From Planctomycetota bacterium (GTDB lineage: Bacteria > Planctomycetota > UBA8742 > UBA2392): DNA of 64,000 nucleotides. Location of the stretch: the NCBI GenBank assembly GCA_016722065.1, contig JADKGX010000002.1:57301-121300 (forward strand), given 5' to 3'. Positions 1 to 10,575 of this stretch are shown here, one piece after another. The notes beneath the pieces are model-generated. The model was not told the DNA's origin and did not search any database. It saw only the letters and a list, made by a program, of their open reading frames with translations. The translations under genes were made by a program, and so were the position numbers. Positions within the stretch are counted from its first letter, which is position 1. Every line of letters starts with the position of its first letter.

Positions 1-452
1 ATGGAGATGCTGGAGTAATACCCCTGCACACCGCGAATGCGCGCGCTTTCGTCGTCGCCGCTGGTCAGCAGATCCTGGGTCGGGAAGATCTTCTTCTTTT
101 CCAGGTCGTCGCGCTTGGCAGCGATGTCGGCGTTGCTGATCTGTTCGACTGTCCAGGTCAGTTTACCGGCACTGCTGGTGGCCAGTTCCTGCAGCTTATC
201 GCGCACGTCGCGTTGCAGGTTGATGCGCTTGGTGGGGGGTTCTTCGTCGCAGTAATACGTGACCTGCACGTCTTCCGTCAGCGAGGCAAACAAACGCTGG
301 GTGCCCTCACTGAGTGTAAAGCGCTTGTCGGCCGTCAGGTCCAGACGTGCGCGGTGCTCCATCGCAAGATAGTTCACGGCGCACAGCGCCGCAGCCGTCA
401 GGGCCGACAGCAGCAGAAAGTGCAAGGTGTAGGAACGCTTCCGGTTCACCAT
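1..452 (-). CDS. GldG-family ABC transporter auxiliary protein (N-terminal part; runs off window)
   Basis: Manual translation from ATG at 452: MVNRKRSYTLHFLLLSALTAAALCAVNYLAMEHRARLDLTADKRFTLSEGT; N-terminal TM plus the DLTxxKRFTLS motif; start overlaps the stop of the upstream permease. Confidence 0.8.
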   Translation of the reverse strand, partial: MVNRKRSYTLHFLLLSALTAAALCAVNYLAMEHRARLDLTADKRFTLSEGTQRLFASLTEDVQVTYYCDEEPPTKRINLQRDVRDKLQELATSSAGKLTWTVEQISNADIAAKRDDLEKKKIFPTQDLLTSGDDESARIRGVQGYYSSIS

Positions 453-1390
453 TACGAATACCGCCGGCTTTCCAGCGACCACACGTTCAACAGCACGAAC
501 ATGACCACCAGCGAGCCAAAGAACACCAGCCCATTGGAGTAAATCACCCCGCGTTCGATCTCTTTGAAATGATCCAGCACACTGATCTGCGACAGCGCCG
601 CCACTACGGCCTCTCCTTGCGGGGTCATCTCGCGCACGGTTTTGCCATCCAGTGGTGCCGGTGCGGCCCACAGGTAGACGCCGGTGTTGACCACCAGCCC
701 CAATGCGGCCGATGCCGCGCCCACGGCTTTGTCGCGCCCGGCCGCAGCGGCCAGAATCGCCAGCGCCACGATCGGAATCGTCACGATATGCACCAGCGCG
801 GCGTTGGGTTGTGAACGCGCCAGGTCACCCAGAAACGTGCGGGTCTCGCCCAGCCCCACCAGCCCAAGGCAGAACATCATGCCCAGAAAGAACGCCAGCG
901 CCTGGTTTTCTGTCAGCCCTGAAAGAAACAGGCCAATGGCCAAGAACGCCGCGCCCAGCACAAAGCAGGCAAAGTACCCGCCCAGCACAGGCCCCCAATC
1001 GGGCTGTCCGAACTGGGTCATCATCAAGGGCATGGCCAGTGTGGCGCCCAGCATGGCGGCCAGAAACACCAGCCCGGCCAGGTATTTGCCCAGGCAGATT
1101 TTCCAGGTCGGAATCGGCAGGGTCATCAGCAATTCAAACGTGGCCTGGCGGCGGTCTTCGGACCACAGCCGCATGCTGACTGCCGGCACCACCACCGCGG
1201 CCACCCACGGAAAGATGCCAAAGAAGGTGCGCATGGAAAGTTCGCCGCGCTTGAACCAGTCCCCACCCTGGCCCATCGGGTCCAGTAACAGCGAAAGCAG
1301 CATCATCAGCACCACAAAGGCGCCAATGATGCCCGCGCCCATCAGGGAATCGAAGTACCCCGAAAGCTCGCGCCGCAGGATCGCCCTCAT
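452..1390 (-). CDS. ABC-2 type permease (GldF-like)
   Basis: Multi-TM protein with SMRLWSEDRRQATFELLMTLP motif; in operon with the ABC ATPase. Confidence 0.88.
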   Translation of the reverse strand: MRAILRRELSGYFDSLMGAGIIGAFVVLMMLLSLLLDPMGQGGDWFKRGELSMRTFFGIFPWVAAVVVPAVSMRLWSEDRRQATFELLMTLPIPTWKICLGKYLAGLVFLAAMLGATLAMPLMMTQFGQPDWGPVLGGYFACFVLGAAFLAIGLFLSGLTENQALAFFLGMMFCLGLVGLGETRTFLGDLARSQPNAALVHIVTIPIVALAILAAAAGRDKAVGAASAALGLVVNTGVYLWAAPAPLDGKTVREMTPQGEAVVAALSQISVLDHFKEIERGVIYSNGLVFFGSLVVMFVLLNVWSLESRRYS

Positions 1391-2748
1391 GAATCACCCC
1401 CGCCGGACTTCTTGCTTTGCTGCTCGCGCAGGGCGCGTTCCTTGCGCTCGGTCTCTCGGCGCGCCGCCGCAATATCTGCGGCTGTCAGGGCGCCACTGGC
1501 TGCTGCCGTGGCAAAGGGGTCGTGCGTTTCGGCCAGGGCTGGCAGGTCGGTTTCGGTCTTGCTGCCCAGCGGCTGGGCCTTGGGGTCGGCATCAATCAGG
1601 TCCCAGGATGTCTCGCTGGCCGGCTGCGTTGGCTTGTTGTAGTTCTCTGATTCCGTGGGCCGGCCCGTCACGCGCGTGGCTGCAGCCGTTGCGTCCGGGT
1701 CATCGGGCAAGCCAGCAACAACGGGCGCGGTGGCCTGTGCTCCGGGCTGTGCCGTGGCCTGCGTGGGCGCGGCGGCCGGGGCCGCTGGCGCCTGCTTGCT
1801 GCGCAGCAGGGCAAGAAAGGTGTCTTCCAACGTCTGGGTCTGCGGTGCAAGCTCGGCCAGGTTCAAGCCGCGCGTGCGGCACAGTTCACTGATGCGCTCA
1901 CAGATCAGCCGTGTGCCGGCAGCGCCTCCCCTGGTGTGCACTTCAAATCGGCCAAAGCCCTGGGGCGGGTTCAGGCGGTCTACGGCCGTTACGCCGGTGA
2001 TGCCGCGCAGGGGCGCTTCCAGCGCTTCGCCGCCACGCACCAAAAGGCGCACCTTCTGGCGGTCGCTGGATTTCTGGGCCAGGTCGTCCACCGTGCCATC
2101 GGCGACCTTCTTGCCGCCACTGACAATCACCAGCCGCGAAGCCACGGCCGTGGCCTCTTGCAGAATGTGGGTACTGAAGATGATGCATTTGGACTCGCGC
2201 AGGCGGTCAATCAGCTTACGGATCTCGATGATCTGCATCGGGTCCAGGCCGCTGGTGGGCTCATCCAGGATCAGCACTTCCGGGTCATGGATCAGCGCTT
2301 GCGCAATGCCCGTGCGCTGCTTGAAGCCCTTGGAAAGCTCGGCAACCCGCGAAAGCCGCTTGCGCGACAGGCCGGTTTCATCAATCACCGCGTCCAGCCG
2401 CTGCTTGAGCTTCAGCCCGCCAAGCCCGCGCGCGCGGCCGGCAAAGGTCAGAAAGGCCTCAACGGTCATGTCGCCATACAGTGGGGGTGTCTCGGGCAGA
2501 TAGCCAATCCGGCGACGCACTTCGTTGGGCTGGGCGTGCACGTCAAAACCCGCCACGCGCGCTGTGCCTTCACTGGCGCTGATATATGTGGTCAGCACCT
2601 TCATGGTGGTGGATTTGCCGGCGCCGTTGGGGGCCTAGAAATCCCAGCACCTCGCCTTTGGCGACGTCAAAGCTGACCTCGTCGAGGGCTTTGAATGTGC
2701 CGTAAAACTTGGTGATGCCGCGAACTTCAATCATGGGAACGTCAGGCA
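1387..2748 (-). CDS. ABC transporter ATP-binding protein (GldA-like) with +1 frameshift in Walker A
   Basis: MPDVPMIEVRGITKFYG...GEVLGFLGP in one frame, NGAGKSTTMKVL...LSKGFKQR...LILDEPT in another; the G5 run at 2629-2633 has one base too many; low-complexity Ala/Pro C-terminal tail. Confidence 0.88.
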
Positions 2749-2864
2749 TGAAAACGTCACGCGTCAGAACAACTGGTCCCAAACGAAGGGCGAATCTTAG
2801 TGCCGAAGCGCCGCACTGCAACGGAGTCTCTGGCACCGAATCGATACGCGCAGGCCGGCCCGGG

Positions 2865-3734
2865 TCAGACAGGAATCCGCGAAACCCCAAGCCCCTCGGC
2901 GCGCTTGATCATGGCCGTGGCCACGGCCTCGCGCGTGGGTTTGTCAATGCCGCGCAGGTTGGGCATGCCGTCGATTTCAACCAGCAGCGGCCCGGCATGG
3001 GTTTCAATCACGTCCACCGAAGCCACCAGCAGCCCCGTGCCCGTGCAGGCGCGCTGGGCCAGCTTGCGCAGTGCTTCGGGGCATTCCACCGTGGCGCCGG
3101 GCTTGATGCCCGCGGCGTTAGCCCACTGCGGGCGGCGCAGCACCGCGCCCAGGAATTCCTCGCCCGCCACGTACAGCCGCAGCTCGCGTGCCGCCCCCTG
3201 CACCCGTTGCAGGATGAACTGCGTGCCGTGCTGCCAGGCCATGGCCGTTACGGCCTCCAGTGTCGCGCGCGAATCCAGCAGCACCGGCCGGCCCACGGAT
3301 TGGTGCACGGGCCGAAGTTGCAGCGGCAGGCCACCCAACGCTTCCACGGCGCTTGCAAGTTCTACCGCGTTGGGCACCAGTGCGGTGGGGGGCACAGGCA
3401 AAGCCAGCCCGGCCAGCGCCATGGCGCCCAGGAAGCGATCGCGGGTTTGTTCCAGCGCGTCGGCGCTGTTCAGAATCGGCACGCCCATGCGTTCCAGCGC
3501 GCGCAGCACGGTCATGCCGTGCTGCCAGTCCTCAGGTGTCAGGCGCGGGATCACGACTTCGGCCGACGACGGCAACTTGCCCTTGAACAGCAGTCGCGGC
3601 TGCCCGGCGGTGATCACCAGCGAACATTCCAGCGGAGAAGCCACCCGCACGTCGTGGCGGCGCAGCTTGGCCTCGGCAATCAGGCGCCGCGTGGTGTAAA
3701 GGAAGCGCGACCGGCTGAGGATCACAAAGCGCAT
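2865..3734 (-). CDS. rimK: RimK-family ATP-grasp ligase
   Basis: MRFVILSRSRFLYTTRRLI...SPLEC N-terminus and VASVDVIETHAGPLLVEID ATP-grasp end; the central ATP-binding loop looks divergent. Confidence 0.65.
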   Translation of the reverse strand: MRFVILSRSRFLYTTRRLIAEAKLRRHDVRVASPLECSLVITAGQPRLLFKGKLPSSAEVVIPRLTPEDWQHGMTVLRALERMGVPILNSADALEQTRDRFLGAMALAGLALPVPPTALVPNAVELASAVEALGGLPLQLRPVHQSVGRPVLLDSRATLEAVTAMAWQHGTQFILQRVQGAARELRLYVAGEEFLGAVLRRPQWANAAGIKPGATVECPEALRKLAQRACTGTGLLVASVDVIETHAGPLLVEIDGMPNLRGIDKPTREAVATAMIKRAEGLGVSRIPV

Positions 3735-3786
3735 GGGAGGCGGCAGGCTAGGGTGCGGCGCGACATGCGCAAGGCAGGGCCGGGTC

Positions 3787-3814
3787 TTGACAGTGCGCGG
3801 CGCAAGGGTATCTG
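3787..3814 (+). promoter_or_regulatory. Putative sigma70 promoter of tRNA-Lys
   Basis: Perfect TTGACA at 3787-3792, imperfect TATCTG -10 at 3809-3814, about 25 bp before the tRNA. Confidence 0.45.
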
Positions 3815-3839
3815 TAAGCCCCGCGCCAAAGCATCGCGC

Positions 3840-3914
<75 letters not shown>

Positions 3915-3922
3915 TCTAAAAA

Positions 3923-3958
3923 GCGGCCCCCGGAGCCAGTCCGGGGGCCGCCTTGTTG
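3923..3958 (+). terminator. Intrinsic terminator after tRNA-Lys (possibly bidirectional)
   Basis: 12-bp stem GCGGCCCCCGGA / TCCGGGGGCCGC with 5-nt loop; A-run before, T-rich after. Confidence 0.75.
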
Positions 3959-4033
3959 CTTCGCCTTCGTCGCCTGTGCACTCGCCTGTTCTTGCCGTAA
4001 CGGCTTGGCGCGGCGGGCGTGTTGGAATGCTTG

Positions 4034-5521
4034 CTAGTTGTTGTCGATCTGGGCTTTCTGCACTTTGCCGCTGTAGTCGATGATCACGGTCTTGATCTCG
4101 GAGAACGCCTCAATCACTGTCGGGCCGCCTTCTCGGTGCCCGTTGCCGGTGTTCTTCCAGCCGCCAAAGGGCGTGCTTACCTCGGCGCCTGTTGTCCCTG
4201 CGTTGATGTAGCACAGTCCGCTTTCCAGTTCCTCGCTGGCGCGGTGGCACAGGTTGACGTCTTTGCTGAAGAAGCTTGTGCTCAAGCCATAGGCCACGTT
4301 GTTGGCCACCGCAATCGCTTCTGTGTAATCCTTGACCTTGATGACCGACAACACCGGCCCGAAGATTTCCTCCTGCGCAATGCGCATGTCCGGCTTGACG
4401 TTGCTGAACACCGTGGCGGCGTAGTAGTGGCCCTTGGCGTATGCGCCGTCCTTGAGCATTTTGCCGCCGCATTCCAGCTTGGCGCCTTCCTTCAGGCCGA
4501 TCTGCACATAGCTGTCAATCTTGGCCAGTTGGGTGTCATTGATGATCGCGCCAAAAAAGCTGGTCGGGTCGCTGCCGTGGCCTACCTTGAGTTTGGCCGC
4601 GTGCTCAGCCAGCAGCTTGACGAACTTGTCGTGAACTTTCTCGTGCACAATCACGCGCGAACAAGCCGTGCAGCGCTGGCCGCTGGTGCCAAAGCTGCAC
4701 CACAACACGGCGTGCAAGGCCAGTTCAAGGTCGGCGTCGTCCATGATGACCACGGGGTTCTTGCCGCCCATTTCCAGGCTGACGCGCTTGTTCAGCGGCG
4801 CGGCCTTTGCGGCAATACCAAGCCCGGTTTGGGTGCTGCCAGTAAAGCTGATCATGGCGACATCGGGGTGGGTCACCAGCCTGTCGCCAATTGGCGCGCC
4901 GTGGCCCACTACCATATTGAAGACACCGGCAGGAAAGCCGGATTCATGCAGGATTTCCGTCCAGCGCTTGCCCAGCAGCGTGGTGTGTTCGGCGGGTTTG
5001 AAGACACAGGTGTTACCCATCACCAGCGCCGGATAGGACTTCCAGGAGGGTATGGCAATCGGGAAGTTCCAGGGCGTGATCAGCGAACACACGCCAAGGG
5101 GCTGGCGCATGGTGTACATGCGCTTGTTGGGAAGCTCGCTGGGAATCTGCCAACCCCAGCCGCGGCGGCCCTCGGCAGCAATGTAGTAGGCCATGTCGAT
5201 GGCCTCCTGCACGTCGCCCCGCGCTTCGGCAATCGGCTTGCCCATTTCGCGCGTCATGAGTTGCGCGATTTCTTCTTTGCGCCGGCGCGCGATCTCCACG
5301 CTGTTGAGAATCAGCTTGGCGCGTTCCGGGCGCGGTACCTTCTTCCAGGTGGCGAATGCGGCCTTGGCGGCGGCCACGGCGGCGTCGACATCGGCGTTGT
5401 CGCTTTGGCGCATGTGGCAGATTTCGTCGCCGTTGCCGGGGTCCTTGCGGACCAGCTTCTCGCCCTTGCCCCTGGTGGCAACCCACTGTCCGTTGATGAA
5501 GTTGAGGACTTCTTCGCTCAT
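4034..5521 (-). CDS. Aldehyde dehydrogenase family protein
   Basis: ITPWNFP, FTGST, LEMGGKNP, GQRCTA and EEIFGP motifs. Confidence 0.95.
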   Translation of the reverse strand: MSEEVLNFINGQWVATRGKGEKLVRKDPGNGDEICHMRQSDNADVDAAVAAAKAAFATWKKVPRPERAKLILNSVEIARRRKEEIAQLMTREMGKPIAEARGDVQEAIDMAYYIAAEGRRGWGWQIPSELPNKRMYTMRQPLGVCSLITPWNFPIAIPSWKSYPALVMGNTCVFKPAEHTTLLGKRWTEILHESGFPAGVFNMVVGHGAPIGDRLVTHPDVAMISFTGSTQTGLGIAAKAAPLNKRVSLEMGGKNPVVIMDDADLELALHAVLWCSFGTSGQRCTACSRVIVHEKVHDKFVKLLAEHAAKLKVGHGSDPTSFFGAIINDTQLAKIDSYVQIGLKEGAKLECGGKMLKDGAYAKGHYYAATVFSNVKPDMRIAQEEIFGPVLSVIKVKDYTEAIAVANNVAYGLSTSFFSKDVNLCHRASEELESGLCYINAGTTGAEVSTPFGGWKNTGNGHREGGPTVIEAFSEIKTVIIDYSGKVQKAQIDNN

Positions 5522-5563
5522 GGCAGTCTCCTGCAAGCGTTCTAGCAAGCAGGCCGCCCGGCG

Positions 5564-6044
5564 CTATCCCTCCGGCCGGGGGTTGTCGGCCGGCTGTGGC
5601 GGGGTGGATGAAGCGTCCGATGGCGGGTCGGTCAGCCAGGAACCTTGCACTTCGGGCGGTGGGGGCCTGAATGCCTGCGAGCCGGGCAGGTCTTCCGGTG
5701 GCAGCGGCATGGGCCCAACCATGGGCGGCGGTGGCGGCTGGAAGGCTGGTGCGCCGCCCTTTGCAATCTCTGCTTCCTCAGCCGCGCGTTCTTCGGCGGC
5801 TTGAGATCAGCTTGATGTCAACTTCGGCGGCGTGTTCTGCGGCCTTGAGGGCCGCTTTGTCGTTGGCGTGGCGAACCAGCCACAGGCCTACTGGGCCAGT
5901 CAGCAGGCCCAGAATGCCGGCTTCAAACTGCGACATCGAATCCTGGCGGGCGGCGCGGCGGCACAGGTACCAAAACGGCATGCCCAGGGCAAGCCAAAGG
6001 CAGACCGGGCCGACTACGTAAATGCTGAAAAATGCAATCACCAC
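5564..6044 (-). CDS. Small membrane protein with Pro-rich tail; apparent +1 frameshift near 5804
   Basis: Two hydrophobic segments in ORF 5778-6044; the coiled/Pro-rich continuation QAAEERAAEEAEIAKGGAPAFQPPPPP is in another frame, ending at TAG 5564-5566. Confidence 0.55.
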
Positions 6045-6133
6045 CTGGTGACGCCTCCGGGCTTCATTCCGCCCTGGATTCTAGCGGCGCCATGGCGGGT
6101 TACGAAAGCAAAGCCCCGAAACAGCCCCGCTGG

Positions 6134-6724
6134 CTAGCGCGCAATCATGGGCAGGGCGTTGCCACAGTTCATGCACAGTTTGCGGCCGGCCTTGGCACGG
6201 GCTTGGCAGGCGGGGCAGGTGACATAGCCGTCGGCCTCGCCTGTTGGCGGCGTGGTTGCGGGGCCAGTGGCAGCACTTGGGGCGACCGGCGCAGCAACCA
6301 GCGGGCCCTGGGTTGGCGGCACGGTCGCAACGGGCGCGGCAGCGGGCGGCATGTGCACGGGCTGTCCGTAATTGTAGGGCCCCGGGGCGGGTCGGGGCGG
6401 CAGCGGGCGCGGCGGGCGGGTCTTGGCAAACACCGCGCCGGGGCGCAGCAGCGGCACCATGCGCACGCCCAGATAGGCCAGAAAGAAGCCCAGTGCAAAG
6501 GCCCCCCAGGGGTTGGCGTCGTTGTCTTCGGCTTTACTTTTGGCCCATAGCCCGAACAACACTTGAATGCCAATGCTGACGACTACCGAAAACAGGATCT
6601 GGCCAAGACTGAAGCCGGGCAGCTTCATGGTGCCGTCAGGGCCGGGGCCCATAGGACCCCAGGGGTCCTGTTGCAGCAGCGGCAACAGGTCGTTGGCAAG
6701 TTGCGGAAGCATCAACCGGTTCAT
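6134..6724 (-). CDS. Membrane protein with Pro-rich linker and C-terminal double zinc ribbon
   Basis: Two TM segments, then CPACQ...CMNCG. Confidence 0.75.
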   Translation of the reverse strand: MNRLMLPQLANDLLPLLQQDPWGPMGPGPDGTMKLPGFSLGQILFSVVVSIGIQVLFGLWAKSKAEDNDANPWGAFALGFFLAYLGVRMVPLLRPGAVFAKTRPPRPLPPRPAPGPYNYGQPVHMPPAAAPVATVPPTQGPLVAAPVAPSAATGPATTPPTGEADGYVTCPACQARAKAGRKLCMNCGNALPMIAR

Positions 6725-6726
6725 GA

Positions 6727-7224
6727 TCAGCCCACCGCGCTGGTTGCCATGGACATATCGGCACTGAACTGCAACGCAATCAGCACCACAAATACAGCCA
6801 CAATCACGGTGCTGATTACCGTTGCCATGCGCTTGCGCTTGCCGGAAGTGGTGGGCAGAAACACGCCGGCTGCCAGCAGCAGCACGCCCAGTGGCACCCA
6901 GGGGGCCGATGCCGAAAGCGAAACCACGCCCTGCAGCATTGAGTTCAAATGAAACACCAGTTGCTGGCCCAGCGGGGCGTCCAGGCCGGGGCCCTTCATC
7001 ACGGCCTCGGGCCCCCGGCGCATGAAACCCCAGACGCCCATCACCATGGTGGCCTCAACCAGAATGAACAGGTAATAGTAAAGGCCTTCGGGCAGGCGCG
7101 GCGAGGGCAGGTTGGGGTCGGGTTTGGCGCGTCCGGGGCGGTCCGCACGCAGCAGCGCCGCGATTTCGTCGTCGGTGGGCGATTTGGGTGCAGGGGTGGC
7201 TGCGGTTGGCGGGTCATCGGACAA
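6727..7224 (-). CDS. Hypothetical membrane protein (3 TM)
   Basis: Hydrophobic segments; 2-bp gap to the next gene. Confidence 0.7.
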   Translation of the reverse strand: MSDDPPTAATPAPKSPTDDEIAALLRADRPGRAKPDPNLPSPRLPEGLYYYLFILVEATMVMGVWGFMRRGPEAVMKGPGLDAPLGQQLVFHLNSMLQGVVSLSASAPWVPLGVLLLAAGVFLPTTSGKRKRMATVISTVIVAVFVVLIALQFSADMSMATSAVG

Positions 7225-7264
7225 GGCAAGTCACCTGCAAGTTGGGTATGCTTCAGGTTAGCCA

Positions 7265-10204
7265 ATGGCCGATGAAAACGCATCTGGTTCAAACCCGCCG
7301 GGGCACGAGTCCGCCAAACTCGCGCCCGAGGTCGCTTTGCCTGCGTCGCCCGCGCGCAGCGATACCAGCGCACGCCAGGACACACTGGTAGGCCAGCGGC
7401 TTGCCAGTTACGAGATTTTGTCGCGCGTGGCACGGGGCGGCATGGGCGTGGTGTACCGCGCGCGGCACGTGTACATCGACAAGATTGTGGCCGTCAAAGT
7501 GCTGGACCCCGCACTGGCGCAACGGCCCGATCTGATTGAGCGTTTTCGCACCGAGGCGCAGTCGCTGGCCCGTGTGGAACACGAAAACGTGGTCAAGGTA
7601 ATCGACATTCTGGAAGACAAGGGTGTCCACTTTATCGTGATGGATTTTGCTGAAGGCATCAACCTTCGCAACATGGTCAAAGAAACCGGGCCGCTGACAT
7701 CGGTTGAACTTCTCAGCGTCGCACGCCAGACCGCCGAGGCGCTTTACGCCGCGCACCGCGAGGGCATTCTGCACCGGGACATCAAGCCGGAAAACCTGAT
7801 CCGCAACGCGCGCGGGCGCTGCAAGCTGGCGGATTTCGGGCTGGCCGGCGACCTGCGCCTGATTGCCGAAGGCCACGAAGGCCCCCTGAACTTCGGCACA
7901 CCTGCCTACAGCGCACCCGAGGTCTTGCGCCGGCGCGTGCCGGACCGCCGCAGCGACATCTTCAGTTATGGCGCGACCATGTACCATCTGGCCACGGGCG
8001 AGCCGCCCTTTGGACACAGTGGGCTGCAGCAGATCATGCTGCGCCAGAAGCAGGGTGCCGAACTGCTGGATGGCCGGCGTGAGGACCTGCCCGTCAAGCT
8101 GTGCAAGCTGATCATGGATTGTCTGGCACTAGACCCAGCCCAGCGCCCAGACAGCTTCAGCGAAATCCTGGAACGCCTGCCCCGTCGTGCCCACACCCGC
8201 GTGGCCGGCGCCACGGCAACTGCCACCGAGCCTACGGACAACCTGGCCACGGCTTCAGCCCCGTTGCCGCCGGAGCCAGCACCAGCGCCCAATCGCGTTA
8301 TCGGCGTCGGTGTGCTTGTGCTGGCATTGGCGGCTGCTGCGCTGGTGGCATTTCTGGCCTGGCAGCAGTTTCGCAGCGGCCCTGCAGCGCCAAACCTGGC
8401 CAACGATTCCGCGCCGGGCAACGGTGATCCCCTGCCACCGCCGCCGACCAACGTGGCCAGCAACGGTCCGGCAGCCAATGGCCCAGGACCGACGTTTCTG
8501 CCGGAAGACGAAGCCTACGCCGCCGCAGAACTGGACAGCCGCACGGCGCTGTCACGCGCGGATTACGTTGCGGCTTATGCGGCCTTTGCGGCGTTTTTGG
8601 GCAAGTACCCGGCCTCGCGCTATGTCGAGCAAGCCCGCCAAGCACAGAAAGACGTTCAAAGCCGCGTGCAGCAACTGCGCCAGCAGGAAATGCGCAAGGC
8701 GCGCGATGCCAGCGACGAAGCCTTAAGGGAAAAGCGCACTGCCGATGCGCTGGCTGCATTGGCGCGGTTTCCTGCGGAGTTGCTCAAGCCATTGTTTGAG
8801 GGCGAGGAGATCGAATCCGCCCAGCTTCTGGAAACGCAGCGGCAGGTGGTGATTGCCGCCGAGGCCGGCGATCTGGCCCGGTTGTTTGAGCAGGCGGATT
8901 CCTGGCGCAAGACCTGGCGCGAGGACGCCGAGGGCGGCGAAGGCGTAAGTGAAACGCGCCGCCTCCGCGCAGCACCAATGTTGTTGAAGGAGCGCGACCT
9001 GCTGGAAGCCTTCTTGCCCGGCCGAACGCAGGACACGCAGGACAAAGTCAGCAAGCGGCTGGCGGGGCTGCGCAAGCAACTTGAAACCTCGCACCAAAAC
9101 GCGATGCTGGCGTTCAACAACTGGCGCCAGTTCGTGGGCGGCCTTCGCGCCGATTGGGCCCTGCAAGGCGTGCAACTGGCCGACACAGTGGCGCCGCTGC
9201 TGGCCAACAGGGATTTTGAAGCGGCACGCAAGCGGCTGGATGAACTGACCCAGAAGTGCACGCTGGCCCGACAAGCCCTGGCCGCAGCCGCCAAGGGCGA
9301 AGTCGGCGCGCGGGTAATCGAGCGCCGTGAAGTAGAAGACCTGCTTAAGCGTCTGCGCGACGACATCAGCCTTGCTGAAAAGTGCAACCTGGCCATGCAG
9401 GGTGCCCTGCGCCGCAACAAGTTGAGTGGCACGTCCACGGACTATCGCGTCCACGGCGGCTATGACGCCGACGGCAAGCGCAGCAGCAAGATCGACCGCT
9501 ACACGGGCCGCGTACTGGGCGTGACGCAGACGGACTTCGAACTTGAGACCGATGCCGGGCGCGTAACCCTGAAGCTGGATCTGCTGACGATCGACAGCGT
9601 GCGGGCGTTGCTCAAGGCCAGCCGGAACTTTGACGAACAACTCAGCCTGATTGCCTGGCTGGTGGCCCAGGGCAAGGGCGACCTGGCGGGCGTAGAGGAA
9701 GCCCGTATCGCAAGGCTTTCCGACGTGCCCAGTGACGTACTGGTGCGCATGCGCGAACTTGTGGCGGCAGGGCGGCTGGCACCCGCGGCCTTGCGCCGGC
9801 TGACGTACATGGCCGTGATTGAGGGCAAAATGCCCGCGCCCGCGGATGCAGCGTTGTGGCCGGAATCCAGCCTTGAGTCGCAGTTGGTGGCCGCCCAGGC
9901 CCGCGCGGCTGACGGAGCGGTGGATTCGGCCGGGGCCTATATCGCGCTGGTGCGTGACTTGGCAGACCCGGAACTGGTGCACCTGGAAACACTGTCGAGG
10001 GCGCTGGTCGTGGCGGATGCCCCGGTGAATGACCTGAAGCTGCGGCTGGCACTGGAACCCTGGGACGCCCGCGCGCACGCCCAGGTGGCGCGAGGGAACT
10101 TTCGTGCCGGTGCCGTTGACCAGGCCAAGCAGCAGTCCCAGCGCGCGCTGCTGATTGACCCAAGCTGCGAGGAAGCGTGGACGCTGCTCAAGGAGATTGG
10201 TTGA
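7265..10204 (+). CDS. Hanks-type Ser/Thr protein kinase, membrane-anchored, large helical C-terminal region
   Basis: GGMGVVY, VAVK, HRDIKPEN, DFG, GTPAYSAPE motifs; TM at about aa 345-365; TPR-like end. Confidence 0.95.
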   Translation: MADENASGSNPPGHESAKLAPEVALPASPARSDTSARQDTLVGQRLASYEILSRVARGGMGVVYRARHVYIDKIVAVKVLDPALAQRPDLIERFRTEAQSLARVEHENVVKVIDILEDKGVHFIVMDFAEGINLRNMVKETGPLTSVELLSVARQTAEALYAAHREGILHRDIKPENLIRNARGRCKLADFGLAGDLRLIAEGHEGPLNFGTPAYSAPEVLRRRVPDRRSDIFSYGATMYHLATGEPPFGHSGLQQIMLRQKQGAELLDGRREDLPVKLCKLIMDCLALDPAQRPDSFSEILERLPRRAHTRVAGATATATEPTDNLATASAPLPPEPAPAPNRVIGVGVLVLALAAAALVAFLAWQQFRSGPAAPNLANDSAPGNGDPLPPPPTNVASNGPAANGPGPTFLPEDEAYAAAELDSRTALSRADYVAAYAAFAAFLGKYPASRYVEQARQAQKDVQSRVQQLRQQEMRKARDASDEALREKRTADALAALARFPAELLKPLFEGEEIESAQLLETQRQVVIAAEAGDLARLFEQADSWRKTWREDAEGGEGVSETRRLRAAPMLLKERDLLEAFLPGRTQDTQDKVSKRLAGLRKQLETSHQNAMLAFNNWRQFVGGLRADWALQGVQLADTVAPLLANRDFEAARKRLDELTQKCTLARQALAAAAKGEVGARVIERREVEDLLKRLRDDISLAEKCNLAMQGALRRNKLSGTSTDYRVHGGYDADGKRSSKIDRYTGRVLGVTQTDFELETDAGRVTLKLDLLTIDSVRALLKASRNFDEQLSLIAWLVAQGKGDLAGVEEARIARLSDVPSDVLVRMRELVAAGRLAPAALRRLTYMAVIEGKMPAPADAALWPESSLESQLVAAQARAADGAVDSAGAYIALVRDLADPELVHLETLSRALVVADAPVNDLKLRLALEPWDARAHAQVARGNFRAGAVDQAKQQSQRALLIDPSCEEAWTLLKEIG

Positions 10205-10575
10205 TGTCCGACCACGCCTGCCCGTTTTGCACTGCTGCCCTGAACCTGGCCGACGTGCCGGCCGGGGCAGGCTTTCGCTGTGGCGGCTGCGGACAAGCCC
10301 TGGAGGCCGGCGAATCGCGCTTGAGCAGCCAGGAAGTCAGGGCCTATCGCGGTCGCCAGAAGGTGCGGCGGCTGATGCTGTGCATGGTTGCAGCAGACCT
10401 GGCGGCTGTGGTTACGTATTTTCTTCCAGTCTGGTCAGGGGGCACAGACGCCTGGATGCGCTGGCTTGCCACGGCTCTGGCGGCCATGGTGGTGGGGCCG
10501 GTGTTGTTTATGGCCACCAGTGCGCGGCGTGCCCCGGTGCCGGTAGCGCCGCCACTTGATAAGGTGCAGACGTGA
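10204..10575 (+). CDS. Zn-finger membrane protein
   Basis: CPFC...CGGC followed by two TM segments; ATG overlaps the kinase stop. Confidence 0.7.
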   Translation: MSDHACPFCTAALNLADVPAGAGFRCGGCGQALEAGESRLSSQEVRAYRGRQKVRRLMLCMVAADLAAVVTYFLPVWSGGTDAWMRWLATALAAMVVGPVLFMATSARRAPVPVAPPLDKVQT

